Part shown: positions 9,329 through 19,000 of the stretch, one piece after another
Layout: every line of letters begins with the position of its first letter
Position numbering within the stretch: the stretch's first letter is position 1
DNA from: an uncultured Bacillota bacterium
Lineage (GTDB): Bacteria > Bacillota > Dehalobacteriia > UBA7702
Assembly: GCA_934702375.1 (NCBI GenBank)
Contig: CAKUYE010000003.1
Span: 11,589 to 75,588, forward strand
Direction: 5' to 3'
Length of the DNA: 64,000 bases
Made by a program: the position numbers and the translations under genes
Notes under the pieces: model-generated
What the model was told of the DNA's origin: nothing
The model's input: the letters and a program-made list of their open reading frames with translations, nothing else
Databases searched by the model: none

Positions 9329-10237
9329 TCAGGCGAGAAGGCTGACGATTTTATCGACTTCCTTTACCGTGAGATAGTTTCTCGGGTAATGAATTGCATG
9401 GTCAATCGCTGCCGGGCTGGTCAGAATGCATTCATGCTCAATGGGGCTGTTGTTGTGAATCAAGTAAGTGTAACCCTCAATTCGAGCATTGACGCCAAAG
9501 TATTTAAAGTAATGGGCTAAAATATATTTTTGCCGCCGTAGTTGGCGGATAGGATTTGTGAGAGTGGATAAGTAAATAATACCGTTACGGGAGAGGTAGC
9601 ATTTTTGCCAAATTTTGTCTTCCGCACCTCCTTGAAGGCAGCCGGAGTAATTTTTTACCTCAATAATGAACACGCCCTTTTTATTGACAATGACAATATC
9701 CATTTCGGCAATGCGATCCTGATAAGACACTACGACATTGCGAAAAATGTAATCGTCATCGTTAAGAATCGCATAGGTGATGTTATAAACAATTTCTTCT
9801 CCCAAATCTCCTGCGGCTCTGAGCCGGGCATCTAACAATGCCATCTCCCGTTTGGCCTGATCTTCCTTGAGATGTTTTTCTAAAATGAGGTTCGCTTGCT
9901 GTTCTTGAAACCGTAGTTCTTCCTTTTGTTGTTCTCTTTTTGCTTTACGGCCGGCCTTCCTCGCTTTGGCTTTGGCTGTCGGAACATTTTTATGGGAGGG
10001 CTTTTCCGGCGGAGCTTTCCGCTCTTTTGCTCGCTCTGCCTTGGATTTCTTTGATTTTGATCGTGTGGATCTTGGTTTTTTCGTGATTGCCGGTTCCGAT
10101 CTTTCCGGTGGTTTTTCAATCTCCGGCTTTTTATCTTCCGGTGATTCGTTTTCTGCTTTGCGGCTTAAAAATTCCCTGACCACCATAATGATGGATAGGC
10201 ATATAGCAATCACGATGAGAAAGATAATGACTCCCAT
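9329..10237 (-). CDS. NERD-domain protein with N-terminal TM helix and Lys/Glu-rich linker
   Basis: An N-terminal TM helix is followed by ~110 aa of K/R/E/P low complexity. The C-terminal part is NERD-like (MDIVIVNKKGVFIIEVKNYSG). Confidence 0.8.
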   Translation of the reverse strand: MGVIIFLIVIAICLSIIMVVREFLSRKAENESPEDKKPEIEKPPERSEPAITKKPRSTRSKSKKSKAERAKERKAPPEKPSHKNVPTAKAKARKAGRKAKREQQKEELRFQEQQANLILEKHLKEDQAKREMALLDARLRAAGDLGEEIVYNITYAILNDDDYIFRNVVVSYQDRIAEMDIVIVNKKGVFIIEVKNYSGCLQGGAEDKIWQKCYLSRNGIIYLSTLTNPIRQLRRQKYILAHYFKYFGVNARIEGYTYLIHNNSPIEHECILTSPAAIDHAIHYPRNYLTVKEVDKIVSLLA

Positions 10238-10499
10238 CAGGGCATCCTCCTGAATGACTCTTTTCTGCTTTTAGATCTTTTGATTCTGCTTATGTCTCTT
10301 CGTTTATCCTGCGTTAAAAAAATTAATACAAATCATCGGCTATCTATGGTTATAATTCGCTGTAGTTGCTGGAAATCCTTTTTAAAAAGTTTATTGCGGT
10401 ATATTTTGTGAAAACATTATTTTAAAAGTGTTTTCGTAAAGGCAGAAAGAAGGAAACAAGTCTTAATCTCATTGAAATAAATGGAAACGCAGCTGCGTT

Positions 10500-11042
10500 T
10501 CAATTTGGTATGCAGCTGCGTTTTGGTCTTGGGATATAGTATTTTTTCATATCAATGCCTTCCAGCTTCAGGAGGGCGATTTTTTTATCAATGCCGCCGC
10601 CATACCCGGTGAGGTTGCCGTTGACTCCGACTACGCGATGGCAGGGAATGATAATTGAAATGGGGTTGCGGCCTACGGCGCCGCCAATGGCCTGAGCGGC
10701 CATCCTTTCGATACCTCTTTGAGCGGCAATCGTTTTTGCCAGATCTCCGTAAGTTACGACCTCGCCATAAGGGATTTGACAGAGCAGCTTCCAGACGCTG
10801 TGTTGAAAGGGGCTTCCGATGGGGGTAAGCTCCAGTTCCTCCGGAGAAGGACATTCCCCGGAAAAATACCGATCCAGCCATGCTTTGGTTTCAGTGAGGA
10901 TAGGAGACGTTCCCGGACATTGTTCTTCCCTGGGAGGGAACGTTATCGTTTGTTTGCGGAGCCATAGTCCGATTAATTTTTCTTCTTTGGCGGCGAGAAA
11001 AATATTTCCTACCGGGGAAGGATAATTTGTGGTAAGAATCAT
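10500..11042 (-). CDS. ogt: methylated-DNA--protein-cysteine methyltransferase
   Basis: The active-site motif IIPCHRVVG is present, along with YGDLA and GGG..K..LL blocks. Confidence 0.9.
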   Translation of the reverse strand: MILTTNYPSPVGNIFLAAKEEKLIGLWLRKQTITFPPREEQCPGTSPILTETKAWLDRYFSGECPSPEELELTPIGSPFQHSVWKLLCQIPYGEVVTYGDLAKTIAAQRGIERMAAQAIGGAVGRNPISIIIPCHRVVGVNGNLTGYGGGIDKKIALLKLEGIDMKKYYIPRPKRSCIPN

Positions 11043-11054
11043 CGGTATTCTCCG

Positions 11055-11564
11055 TTATTGTTGATTTGCAAGGGCTACGATCTCATTGACGCAAGTTTCA
11101 ATATCTTTGCCTTGGCAGTCCAATGTGATGTCTGCGTATTTTTCGTAAAGAGGCAGGCGTTCTTTAAAGGCATCTTCCAGGCTGTTTCCTTGCTTTAATA
11201 CGATCCCGCGGGATTCGATATTTGTTACCCGCTTTTGGATTTCATCAAAGGGCAGGGAGAGATAGAGGATGGTTCCCTGCTGTTTCAATGCCAGCATGGC
11301 CTTTTCGGAGTAAACGGCAGAACCGCCGGTGGCAACTACGCTGTTTTTTATGGAGACCTGGGAGAGTACGTCTTCTTCGACTTGTAAAAAGGCGGCGATG
11401 CCCTGTTCTTCCAAAATTTCCTGGAGCAGGGATCCGGTGGTATTTTGAATGATGATGTCCGTATCTACAAAATCCATTCCCAGGGCTTTTGCTGCTAATA
11501 CTCCCAATGTGCTTTTGCCTGCGCCGGCCATGCCGACGAGAATAATATTTTTATGTTTTATCAT
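11055..11564 (-). CDS. aroK: shikimate kinase
   Basis: It has the Walker A motif LVGMAGAGKST, DTD and the ATGGG lid. Length is 169 aa. Confidence 0.9.
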   Translation of the reverse strand: MIKHKNIILVGMAGAGKSTLGVLAAKALGMDFVDTDIIIQNTTGSLLQEILEEQGIAAFLQVEEDVLSQVSIKNSVVATGGSAVYSEKAMLALKQQGTILYLSLPFDEIQKRVTNIESRGIVLKQGNSLEDAFKERLPLYEKYADITLDCQGKDIETCVNEIVALANQQ

Positions 11565-11603
11565 AATTGATCTGTTCCTGTTTCCTGATTTATTGATACC
11601 GGC

Positions 11604-13850
11604 TCAGCCGCATTTGGAAAATCCACATTCCGGGCAGATGACGCAGCCGCCTTCATGGATGACCGGTGCGCCGCATTCCGGACAAAATTTCATTCTGGAT
11701 GCTTCATAGGTGATTTCACCGGGTTCTTTTTTTCTTTCGTTGATTGCCGGAATGATCCCCTTTTCTTTTTGCATTGCTTCTTCCGTTTGGCGCAGAACTT
11801 TAGCAATGGCATCGGGGCAGGATAACACATTTAAACCCGGCTGACGAATGGTCGAGGGACAGCGAATGCCTTTTAACTGGCGGATCACGTCTTCGATCTT
11901 GATGCCGCTTCTTAATGCCAGAGATGCCAGACGGCCCACGGCTTCGGATTGAGAAGGGCAGCCGCCATGCTTTCCGTTATTGGTAAATACTTCGCAGATG
12001 CCTTCTTCATCGTAGTTTACGGTAACGTAGAGTTTGCCGCAGCCAATGCGAATTTGTTCGGTAAAGCCACGCATGATTGCAGGCCGGGGGCGAGGACTGA
12101 TGCCCTGAGGCTCATTATGTTGCATTGGTGCTTTTTCGGTGTTATCGGTTTTAAGATTCAACACTTGGGCATCGCGGCTGTTATCCCGATAGATGGTTAC
12201 GCCTTTGCAGCCCAGTTTCCAGGCGAGAAGGTATACTTCTTCCACTTCTGCCCGGGTGGCATCACTGCGGAAATTTACCGTTTTGGACACGGCATTGTCG
12301 GTGTGGTGCTGAAATGCAGCCTGCATCCGAATGTGCCATTCGGGGCTGACATCGTGAGCCGCAACGAAGATTTTTTTGATATCTTCCGGGATTTCATCGA
12401 TATGGCTCAGGCTGCCTTCTGCGGCGATTTTGTGGAGCAGTGCTTCGCTGAAAATACCGCGTTTTTCCAACTCTTCCTTGAGGATGGGGTTCACCTCGGT
12501 CAGCTCGGTTTGATCCATGACATTGCGCACATAGGCATAGGCAAAAACCGGTTCTACGCCGCTGGAAACACCTGCAATAATGGAGAGTGTCCCGGTGGGG
12601 GCAATGGTGGTTACGGTGCCGTTGCGCAGTGCAGGACCGTCTTTTAAGGTGCTTTCTTTAAATAAGGGGAAGGGACCTCTTGCTTCCGCCAGGGCGGCGC
12701 TGGCCTTGTGGGCTCTTGCTTCCATAAAGGACATAATATCTTCTGCGGTTTTAACGCCTTCTTCGGAATTATAAGCGATGCCCAGCAAGAGCAGAAGATC
12801 GGCAAAGCCCATAACGCCCAGACCGATCTTTCGGGTGGAACGGGTCATCTCACCGATGCTTTCCAAAGGATAGCGGTTCGCGTCGATTACGTTATCAAGA
12901 AGATGTACGGCAGTATCTACCGTTTCGCCTAACAGATCGTAGTCGATAACGGTTTTCCCTTCTTCTTTTTTTACCATTTTGGTGAGGTTGATGGACCCCA
13001 GGTTGCAGGACTCATAGGGCAAAAGAGGCTGCTCGCCGCAGGGGTTGGTTGATTCGATTTCTCCGATTTGCGGGACGATGTTGTCACGGTTCAGGCGATC
13101 GATAAAGACAATGCCCGGTTCCCCGTTGCGCCAGGCGGCATCTACGATTTTGCGGAATACTTCTCCGGCGTTGAGAGAACCTGCGACTTCTCCGGTGCGC
13201 GGTTCGATTAGATTATAGTTTTCGCCTTTTTCAGCGGCGATCATAAATTCTTCGGTGAGAGCTACGGAGATGTTAAAATTGGTGATGGTTTTATCTTCGG
13301 CTTTGCAATCGATAAATTCCAGAATATCAGGGTGATCAATGCGGAGAATCCCCATGTTTGCACCGCGGCGGGTCCCGCCTTGTTTTACCGCTTCGGTTGC
13401 GGCGTTGAATACCTTCATGAAGCTGATGGGACCGGAAGCAATGCCGCCGGTGGTTCGTACTACACTGCCTTTGGAGCGCAGCCGGGAAAAGGAAAACCCG
13501 GTACCGCCGCCGGATTTATGGATCAATGCCGCATTTTTGATGGTGTCGAAAATCGCTTCCATGGAGTCTTCCACCGGCAGCACAAAGCAGGCGGAGAGCT
13601 GACCCAGCTCTTTCCCGGCGTTCATCAGTGTGGGGGAGTTGGGTAAAAATCGCAGCGAGGTCATCATTTCAAAAAAGGCATCTTCGGTCTTTTGTGTATC
13701 GGCATCTGTTTTATAGTTTTTGTCCTGGTCGGCCAGAGCCTTTGCTACACGCCGAAAGAGTCCTTCCGGGGTTTCGGTGATTTGGCCATCTTCATTTCTT
13801 GTTAAATATCGTCGTTCCAAAACGACGTTTGCATTTTGGCTTAAATTCAT
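11604..13850 (-). CDS. nrdJ: adenosylcobalamin-dependent (class II) ribonucleotide reductase
   Basis: Class II RNR blocks are present in the 748-aa product: LPNSPTLMNAG, SACFVL, TNPCGEQPL, CNLGSINL and a C-terminal zinc ribbon CPECG...CVICPECG. Confidence 0.95.
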   Translation of the reverse strand: MNLSQNANVVLERRYLTRNEDGQITETPEGLFRRVAKALADQDKNYKTDADTQKTEDAFFEMMTSLRFLPNSPTLMNAGKELGQLSACFVLPVEDSMEAIFDTIKNAALIHKSGGGTGFSFSRLRSKGSVVRTTGGIASGPISFMKVFNAATEAVKQGGTRRGANMGILRIDHPDILEFIDCKAEDKTITNFNISVALTEEFMIAAEKGENYNLIEPRTGEVAGSLNAGEVFRKIVDAAWRNGEPGIVFIDRLNRDNIVPQIGEIESTNPCGEQPLLPYESCNLGSINLTKMVKKEEGKTVIDYDLLGETVDTAVHLLDNVIDANRYPLESIGEMTRSTRKIGLGVMGFADLLLLLGIAYNSEEGVKTAEDIMSFMEARAHKASAALAEARGPFPLFKESTLKDGPALRNGTVTTIAPTGTLSIIAGVSSGVEPVFAYAYVRNVMDQTELTEVNPILKEELEKRGIFSEALLHKIAAEGSLSHIDEIPEDIKKIFVAAHDVSPEWHIRMQAAFQHHTDNAVSKTVNFRSDATRAEVEEVYLLAWKLGCKGVTIYRDNSRDAQVLNLKTDNTEKAPMQHNEPQGISPRPRPAIMRGFTEQIRIGCGKLYVTVNYDEEGICEVFTNNGKHGGCPSQSEAVGRLASLALRSGIKIEDVIRQLKGIRCPSTIRQPGLNVLSCPDAIAKVLRQTEEAMQKEKGIIPAINERKKEPGEITYEASRMKFCPECGAPVIHEGGCVICPECGFSKCG

Positions 13851-13879
13851 ATCTTTGCTCCTATTATGGTTTATCTTTT

Positions 13880-13908
13880 ATTTTATCATTTTTGCCTTGC
13901 TTTTTCAA
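13880..13908 (-). promoter_or_regulatory. putative nrdJ promoter TTGAAA-17-TAAAAT
   Basis: On the minus strand the -35 is at 13908-13903 and the -10 at 13885-13880, about 30 nt before the nrdJ ATG. Confidence 0.5.
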
Positions 13909-13991
13909 TTGGCCCTGATACAGCGGATTTAGTGAAAATGCCACTTAAATGCCGTTCTTTTTAAGGAAATGACGGAGGGAGAATTTCTTTC

Positions 13992-14363
13992 TCACTTTAC
14001 GGTGTTTTGCCCTAAAACTACGGTGAGGAGGCAAAGACCTACGCTGAGGAGGATATAGCACAGCGCCGGAAGAAGTTTTCCGTTTTGCAGCAGTGCTACC
14101 GTTTCATTGGAAAAGGTGGAAAAGGTGGTAAAACCGCCGCAAAGCCCTACTTTCAGTAAGAGGGCGAAACGAGGGTCAAAGGCAGCGTTTTTTGCCGCTG
14201 CAGCTGTTATGACGCCAATGAGAAATGCCCCAAGGATGTTGATGCCCAAGGTGATGATGGGAAAACTCTGAGAGGGTACGGGGATCAATCCCAGAAGGTA
14301 ACGAAAAACGGAGCCGATTGCACCGCCGATAGCGACAAAGAGACAGTTTGAAAATGTTGCCAT
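13992..14363 (-). CDS. crcB: fluoride ion channel CrcB/FluC
   Basis: The product has four TM helices plus GGAIGSVFRY and GLCGGFTTFSTFS motifs. The start at 14363 has a GGAAGG RBS. A fluoride riboswitch lies immediately upstream. Confidence 0.9.
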   Translation of the reverse strand: MATFSNCLFVAIGGAIGSVFRYLLGLIPVPSQSFPIITLGINILGAFLIGVITAAAAKNAAFDPRFALLLKVGLCGGFTTFSTFSNETVALLQNGKLLPALCYILLSVGLCLLTVVLGQNTVK

Positions 14364-14393
14364 GGTAAATCCTTCCTTTTTGTATGAGATCAA

Positions 14394-14482
14394 TAAAAAA
14401 AGCCGATACTTCTGTTAAAGAAACAGAAGCCATCAGCATAAAAGCGGTTTGGGCAAAGCCCGGGGAGTGCTTCATTCCCATA
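14394..14482 (-). promoter_or_regulatory. fluoride riboswitch (crcB motif) with terminator expression platform
   Basis: The minus-strand RNA reads GGGAAUGAAGCACUCCC..AAACCGC..GCUGAUGGCUUCUG. GAAGC and GCUUC can form the pseudoknot. The terminator CUUCUGUU/AACAGAAG plus a U7 run overlaps the 3' end of the aptamer. Confidence 0.85.
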
Positions 14483-14487
14483 ATATC

Positions 14488-14516
14488 ATCATAGCACATT
14501 CTTAGGATTGTGACAA
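14488..14516 (-). promoter_or_regulatory. promoter TTGTCA-17-(TGc)TATGAT for the riboswitch-crcB unit
   Basis: On the minus strand the -35 is at 14516-14511 and an extended -10 at 14493-14488. The predicted TSS falls just before the aptamer. Confidence 0.6.
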
Positions 14517-14649
14517 GAGGTGGTTTTGTGGTTGAAATGTACACATTTTTTACACAAATTTCACCCGGTTTGGTTGTTGATAAATAACGGCGCTTGGATA
14601 ATAATTTAACTATATTCTGATTGTGGAATCGAAAAGAGAAGGACATTAA

Positions 14650-15186
14650 ATGAGTAAAAAACATACAGCAGCATCCGTTTTGGAAAAGGTGTATTATTAT
14701 GCCGGCGATGTGATCGCCTCCGATCGTTTGAAGCAGGAAGCAAAATACCGTCACCATGGCAGCGTGAGCTGCTATGAACACTCCGTAGCCGTTACGTTGT
14801 TGAGTGTTCGCATGGCAGACCGCCTTGGTTTGAATGTGGATATGGAAAGTATGGTAAAGGGTGCTTTGCTTCACGACTATTTTCTTTACGATTGGCGGGA
14901 GACCGGTTGCGGTCGCCGGGGTCATGGTTTTCATCATGCTCGTTGTGCTTTGGCAAATGCTCAGCGTGATTTTGAGCTTACTCCCATTAGCTGCGATGTG
15001 ATCGAAAAGCATATGTTTCCCTTGAATATTCGTTTGCCGAAATATAAGGAAAGCGTAGTGGTGAGTATTGCGGATAAGCTTTGCGCCACAAAGGAAGTTT
15101 ACCACTTTGTGATCGGCAAGCTGAGAAGTGATAAGGACGGATCCGTTGGTTATGGTCGAAAACGGCTGGAGCCAAATATGGATTGA
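14650..15186 (+). CDS. HD-domain phosphohydrolase
   Basis: Motifs are HSVAV..., GALLHDYFLYDW and HH. Length is 178 aa. Confidence 0.85.
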   Translation: MSKKHTAASVLEKVYYYAGDVIASDRLKQEAKYRHHGSVSCYEHSVAVTLLSVRMADRLGLNVDMESMVKGALLHDYFLYDWRETGCGRRGHGFHHARCALANAQRDFELTPISCDVIEKHMFPLNIRLPKYKESVVVSIADKLCATKEVYHFVIGKLRSDKDGSVGYGRKRLEPNMD

Positions 15187-15283
15187 CCGAAAATCTGTAA
15201 ATGATGGGGTGTGTTCCAAAATGCCGGGCATTTTGAAATGCGCTCTGTTTTTTTATTCTATTTGTTGTTGGGAGGAATGAACA

Positions 15284-15988
15284 ATGAAACCTGTGATTGG
15301 TCTCTCCCCTTTGTGGGATGGGGAAAAGGACAGCTATTGGATGCTGCCCGGATATATGAAGCTGCTGGAGGATTGCGGTGCTTTGCCATTGATGCTGCCC
15401 CTTACGACGGACAAAGCTTTGCTGCGCCAGTGTGTGGAGCTTTGCGATGGATTGTTGCTGACCGGTGGTCACGATGTTTCTCCGAAGCTTTACGGTGCGG
15501 AGGTTTCTTCATTTTGCGGGGAGGTTTGCGAAGCTCGGGATGAAATGGATTGCTTTTTGTTGATCGCCGGGATCGGTGCAGATATGCCGGTATTGGGGAT
15601 CTGCCGCGGGTTGCAGCTGATGAATGCAGCTCTTGGCGGCACCCTTTGGCAGGATTTACCTACGGAACGGGAAAGCACCGTAGAGCATCATATGACACCG
15701 CCCTACGATCGCAGTGTTCATCAGGTGGATATTCTGCCGAATACTCCGTTGAGGGATCTTTTCGGGGTGGAGCGGATTGGTGTAAACAGCTACCATCATC
15801 AGGCTGTGAAGGAGCCTGCGGCGGCTTTAAAGCCTATGGCTGTTTCCGAGGATGGTTTGATTGAGGGGATGTATTTACCGGAAAAGAGGTTTATCTGGGG
15901 GGTTCAGTGGCACCCGGAATTTGCCTATGAAGCCGATGAAAACTGTAAAAAGATTGCGGAGGCCTTTGTGGAAGCCTGCGAAAAATAA
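15284..15988 (+). CDS. class I glutamine amidotransferase, gamma-glutamyl-GABA hydrolase (PuuD/peptidase C26) family
   Basis: Motifs are LTGGHDVSP, GICRGLQLMN, NSYHHQAV and GVQWHPE. Confidence 0.9.
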   Translation: MKPVIGLSPLWDGEKDSYWMLPGYMKLLEDCGALPLMLPLTTDKALLRQCVELCDGLLLTGGHDVSPKLYGAEVSSFCGEVCEARDEMDCFLLIAGIGADMPVLGICRGLQLMNAALGGTLWQDLPTERESTVEHHMTPPYDRSVHQVDILPNTPLRDLFGVERIGVNSYHHQAVKEPAAALKPMAVSEDGLIEGMYLPEKRFIWGVQWHPEFAYEADENCKKIAEAFVEACEK

Positions 15989-16003
15989 GTGTATTTTATA
16001 GCA

Positions 16004-16041
16004 AAAGCACCTGCCGATGGGGGCAGGTGCTTTCGTTTTTT
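16004..16041. terminator. bidirectional intrinsic terminator
   Basis: The stem AAAGCACCTGCC/GGCAGGTGCTTT is followed by a T-run. It lies between convergent genes. Confidence 0.8.
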
Positions 16042-19000
16042 TTATAGGGACAGGAATACGGAGATCATTTTTGCTGCTTGTGCTCTGGTGGCGTTGCCTT
16101 GAGGGGCGAAGGTGCCGTCGGGGAAGCCGCTGATGATGTTGGCTTGCTGCATGGCGGATACGGCTTCTTTGGCCCAGGCTGCGATCTCTGCTTCGTCGGT
16201 GAAGGTGATGGGTGCGTTTGTCTGGGGAAGGGTGATGCCTTTATAGTCGGCATATCGCTTGATCATGACTGCCATTTCCTGGCGAGTGATGTTGGCGTCG
16301 GGGGCGAATTGGGTGTCGCTCTTGCCGTAAACGATTTTGTTGGTGTAAGCCCAGTTGATGTTGGCTTTGGACCAATGGGCGTTGGCATCGGCAAAAACGC
16401 TGTCGCCGCTGTAGGCGGAAAGATCATCGCCGGAGGCATAAGCCAAAATCTTTACAAACTGACCGCGGGTAATCTTCCCTTCGGGATCAAAGGTGGTAGG
16501 CGTAATGCCGTTGATAATCCCTTTCCCTGCCAGGTCGTAAACGTAAGATACATACCAGGCATCGGCAGCTACATCGGAGAAGTTGACTTCCGGAGTCTTG
16601 GAAACAACCGTAATTTCGCAGGCAGCGGTTTTGCCTCCATCGGCTGTGGATACAGTGATGGTTGCTGTACCGGCTTTTACGGCGGTTACTTTGCCGTTGT
16701 CTACCGTGGCCACGGAAGCATCAGACGTTTTCCACGTAACGGCTTTGTTGGTAGCGTTGGCAGGCGCTACGGTTGCGGTTAAAGTGGTGTTACTTCCTTC
16801 TTCTAAGGACACTGTTGTTTGATCTAAGGTTACGCCGGTGACGTTGATGGCAGCCGGATCTTTTTTTATTACGATTACTACACAATCCGCGGATTTATTA
16901 CCGTCTGCTGTTGTAACTGTAATGACGGCTGTTCCGGCATTTACTGCAAAAACAGTGCCGTTATTAACAGTGGCAACCGAGGTATTTGAAGATTTCCACG
17001 TAACGGCTTTGTTGGTAGCGTTGGCAGGTGCAACAGTTGCGGTTAGCGTTGTGCTTCCGCCTTCCTCCAATGCAACAGAGAAAGAATCTAATGCAACAGA
17101 AGTGACATTGACAATACCCGGTGTCTTTTCGGTAACAGTTACTTTGCAAGTAGCGGTCTTATTGCCGTCGGCAGTGGTTACGGTGATGGTGGCGGTACCG
17201 GCATTTACCGCGGTAACTTTGCCGCTATCTACTGTGGCAACGGATGCATCGGAAGATTTCCACGTTACTGTTTTGTTTGTTGCGTTTGCAGGGGCTACGG
17301 TAGCCGTTAGTGTTGTGCTGCTACCCTTATCCAGGGTTATGGCCGACTTATCTAATGTTACTCCGGTTACATCAATATTTATGGGAGCATTCTTTTCTAC
17401 GATAAAGCCCATGTTTGCAATGTTATAAGTTGATCCTTCAACCGGAAGGTCATTCCATTGACCGTTCGATTTAAATATCATTGCGAAGTGCTCCGTACCC
17501 ATACTGGGTTCTTTTTCTGCCCAATTTGTATAGGTAAAGGATTCTCCGGATACCCAATGATATTTCTTTTGTGAATCAGCGAAATTACTTGCGCCGATCC
17601 AATAACAGGTTTTACTGCCGTTATTTTTAATTAAGTTATGAATTGCGGTATTTTCGTTTGCATCGGTAATGGATGTCAACTCGCCTCCCAGCCTTTTTGC
17701 GGCAAGGTTTGCGGTTCTCCAAGATGCAGGATTATCATATAGCTCGTAGATTTTTCCATTATATGTTACAGTGGAAACAGGTTTGTATGAACTCACATCT
17801 AGCTTATCAACAACCTTGATTGGTGCTTTATTACTAAAGGCGCTGATTCCGTTAGTACAACGTGCAAATACATAGATAGAGTAATCGCCGGTTTTATCCA
17901 TTTGGAAAGCGTAGTTGTTATCTTTTGTAATTGCGCTCTTGCATATATCACTCCAGCCGTAAGGGGCTTTGGTTACGTATACATAATAAGAGGTTGCGGT
18001 GGGAAGTTTTTCCCAGCGGGCAGTTACCAATCCGCCTTTTTCGGTGACGTCCGTATCTAGTTTAATGGTTGTTGCGCTTAGATTTGGCGGTACATTTGTC
18101 GTGCAGAAAAACTTGTGTGAAGTTAATACGGTTGTGTCTGTAGCATTTTTTACCTTAATGTAATAGAGGTACGCGGCTCCTGATTTTGTTTTTGTAAAGT
18201 CAAGCCGTTTTGTCCAATCGGCCAAATCTACGGTTCTGGTGCTACTGGAGGGTAGCAAAGAATATCCGGTTACAAGTCTGCCGCAGTCATCGTATAAATC
18301 GACAAGTACATATTCAATATCGCTTTTTGAGGTAATAGTTCCGCCGCAGGTAAAAGCTAACCCGGGGGTTCTATAAGCGGTAGGAAGCTGTAAGCCGCTC
18401 ACCGTTACGGTGGGTTCGGTAAAAGTTGTTTTGGGAGATATCGTAAAGGACGTAGTTACGGCGCTTCCTGTATATGCTTCGTTGACCGGTATCAATTCCG
18501 CGGTATAATTTCCGGCCTCTAAATTGTAGCCATAGAATATTTTGGATTGGGCAGCGGTATTGGATTGAAAATAGACGTTGACCCCATCTCGATACAGATA
18601 CAAGCGAAATGTCTCAACGTTATTACCTGTATAGGTAAATGTAACAGCGTCGCCTAGAGTATAATTTGTTGCCCCGGTTTTTAATGTTACTCCATTCGGT
18701 TTGCAGCAAGAATAATTGGCTAAATAACGAGTTTTTCCTGTATACCGTGTAGCACCGCAGGAACATTTTTGATATTCTCTATGAGGATGTGCTGCTTCAT
18801 ATTCGGTAGTGGCGTAGTTGTGTTGGTGGACTACTGTGGGGCATTTTCTTACCCATTCGAAATTTGTAATTTGGGATTTTGTAATGTATCTATCCCATTT
18901 GATGGAACAATCATAGCCATAATTGCCTTCGGCCAAAGATATTCCGCCATAGTTATTTACGGCAATAACAAACACTGAATGGCCATTGTAGCGAATAATA

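Noticed and set aside
13851-13991. A cobalamin riboswitch or NrdR box upstream of nrdJ.
   Set aside because: The 140-nt region is AT-rich, with only a promoter-like TTGAAA-17-TAAAAT. I saw no B12 box, no GGUGAGAAUCC-type element and no ACACwAtATaTtGTGT-like palindrome.
14176-15231. A 351-aa ORF on the minus strand.
   Set aside because: It overlaps both crcB (same strand, different frame) and the well-supported HD-domain gene on the opposite strand. It has no RBS and its composition is nonsense-like. I treat it as an antisense or shadow ORF.
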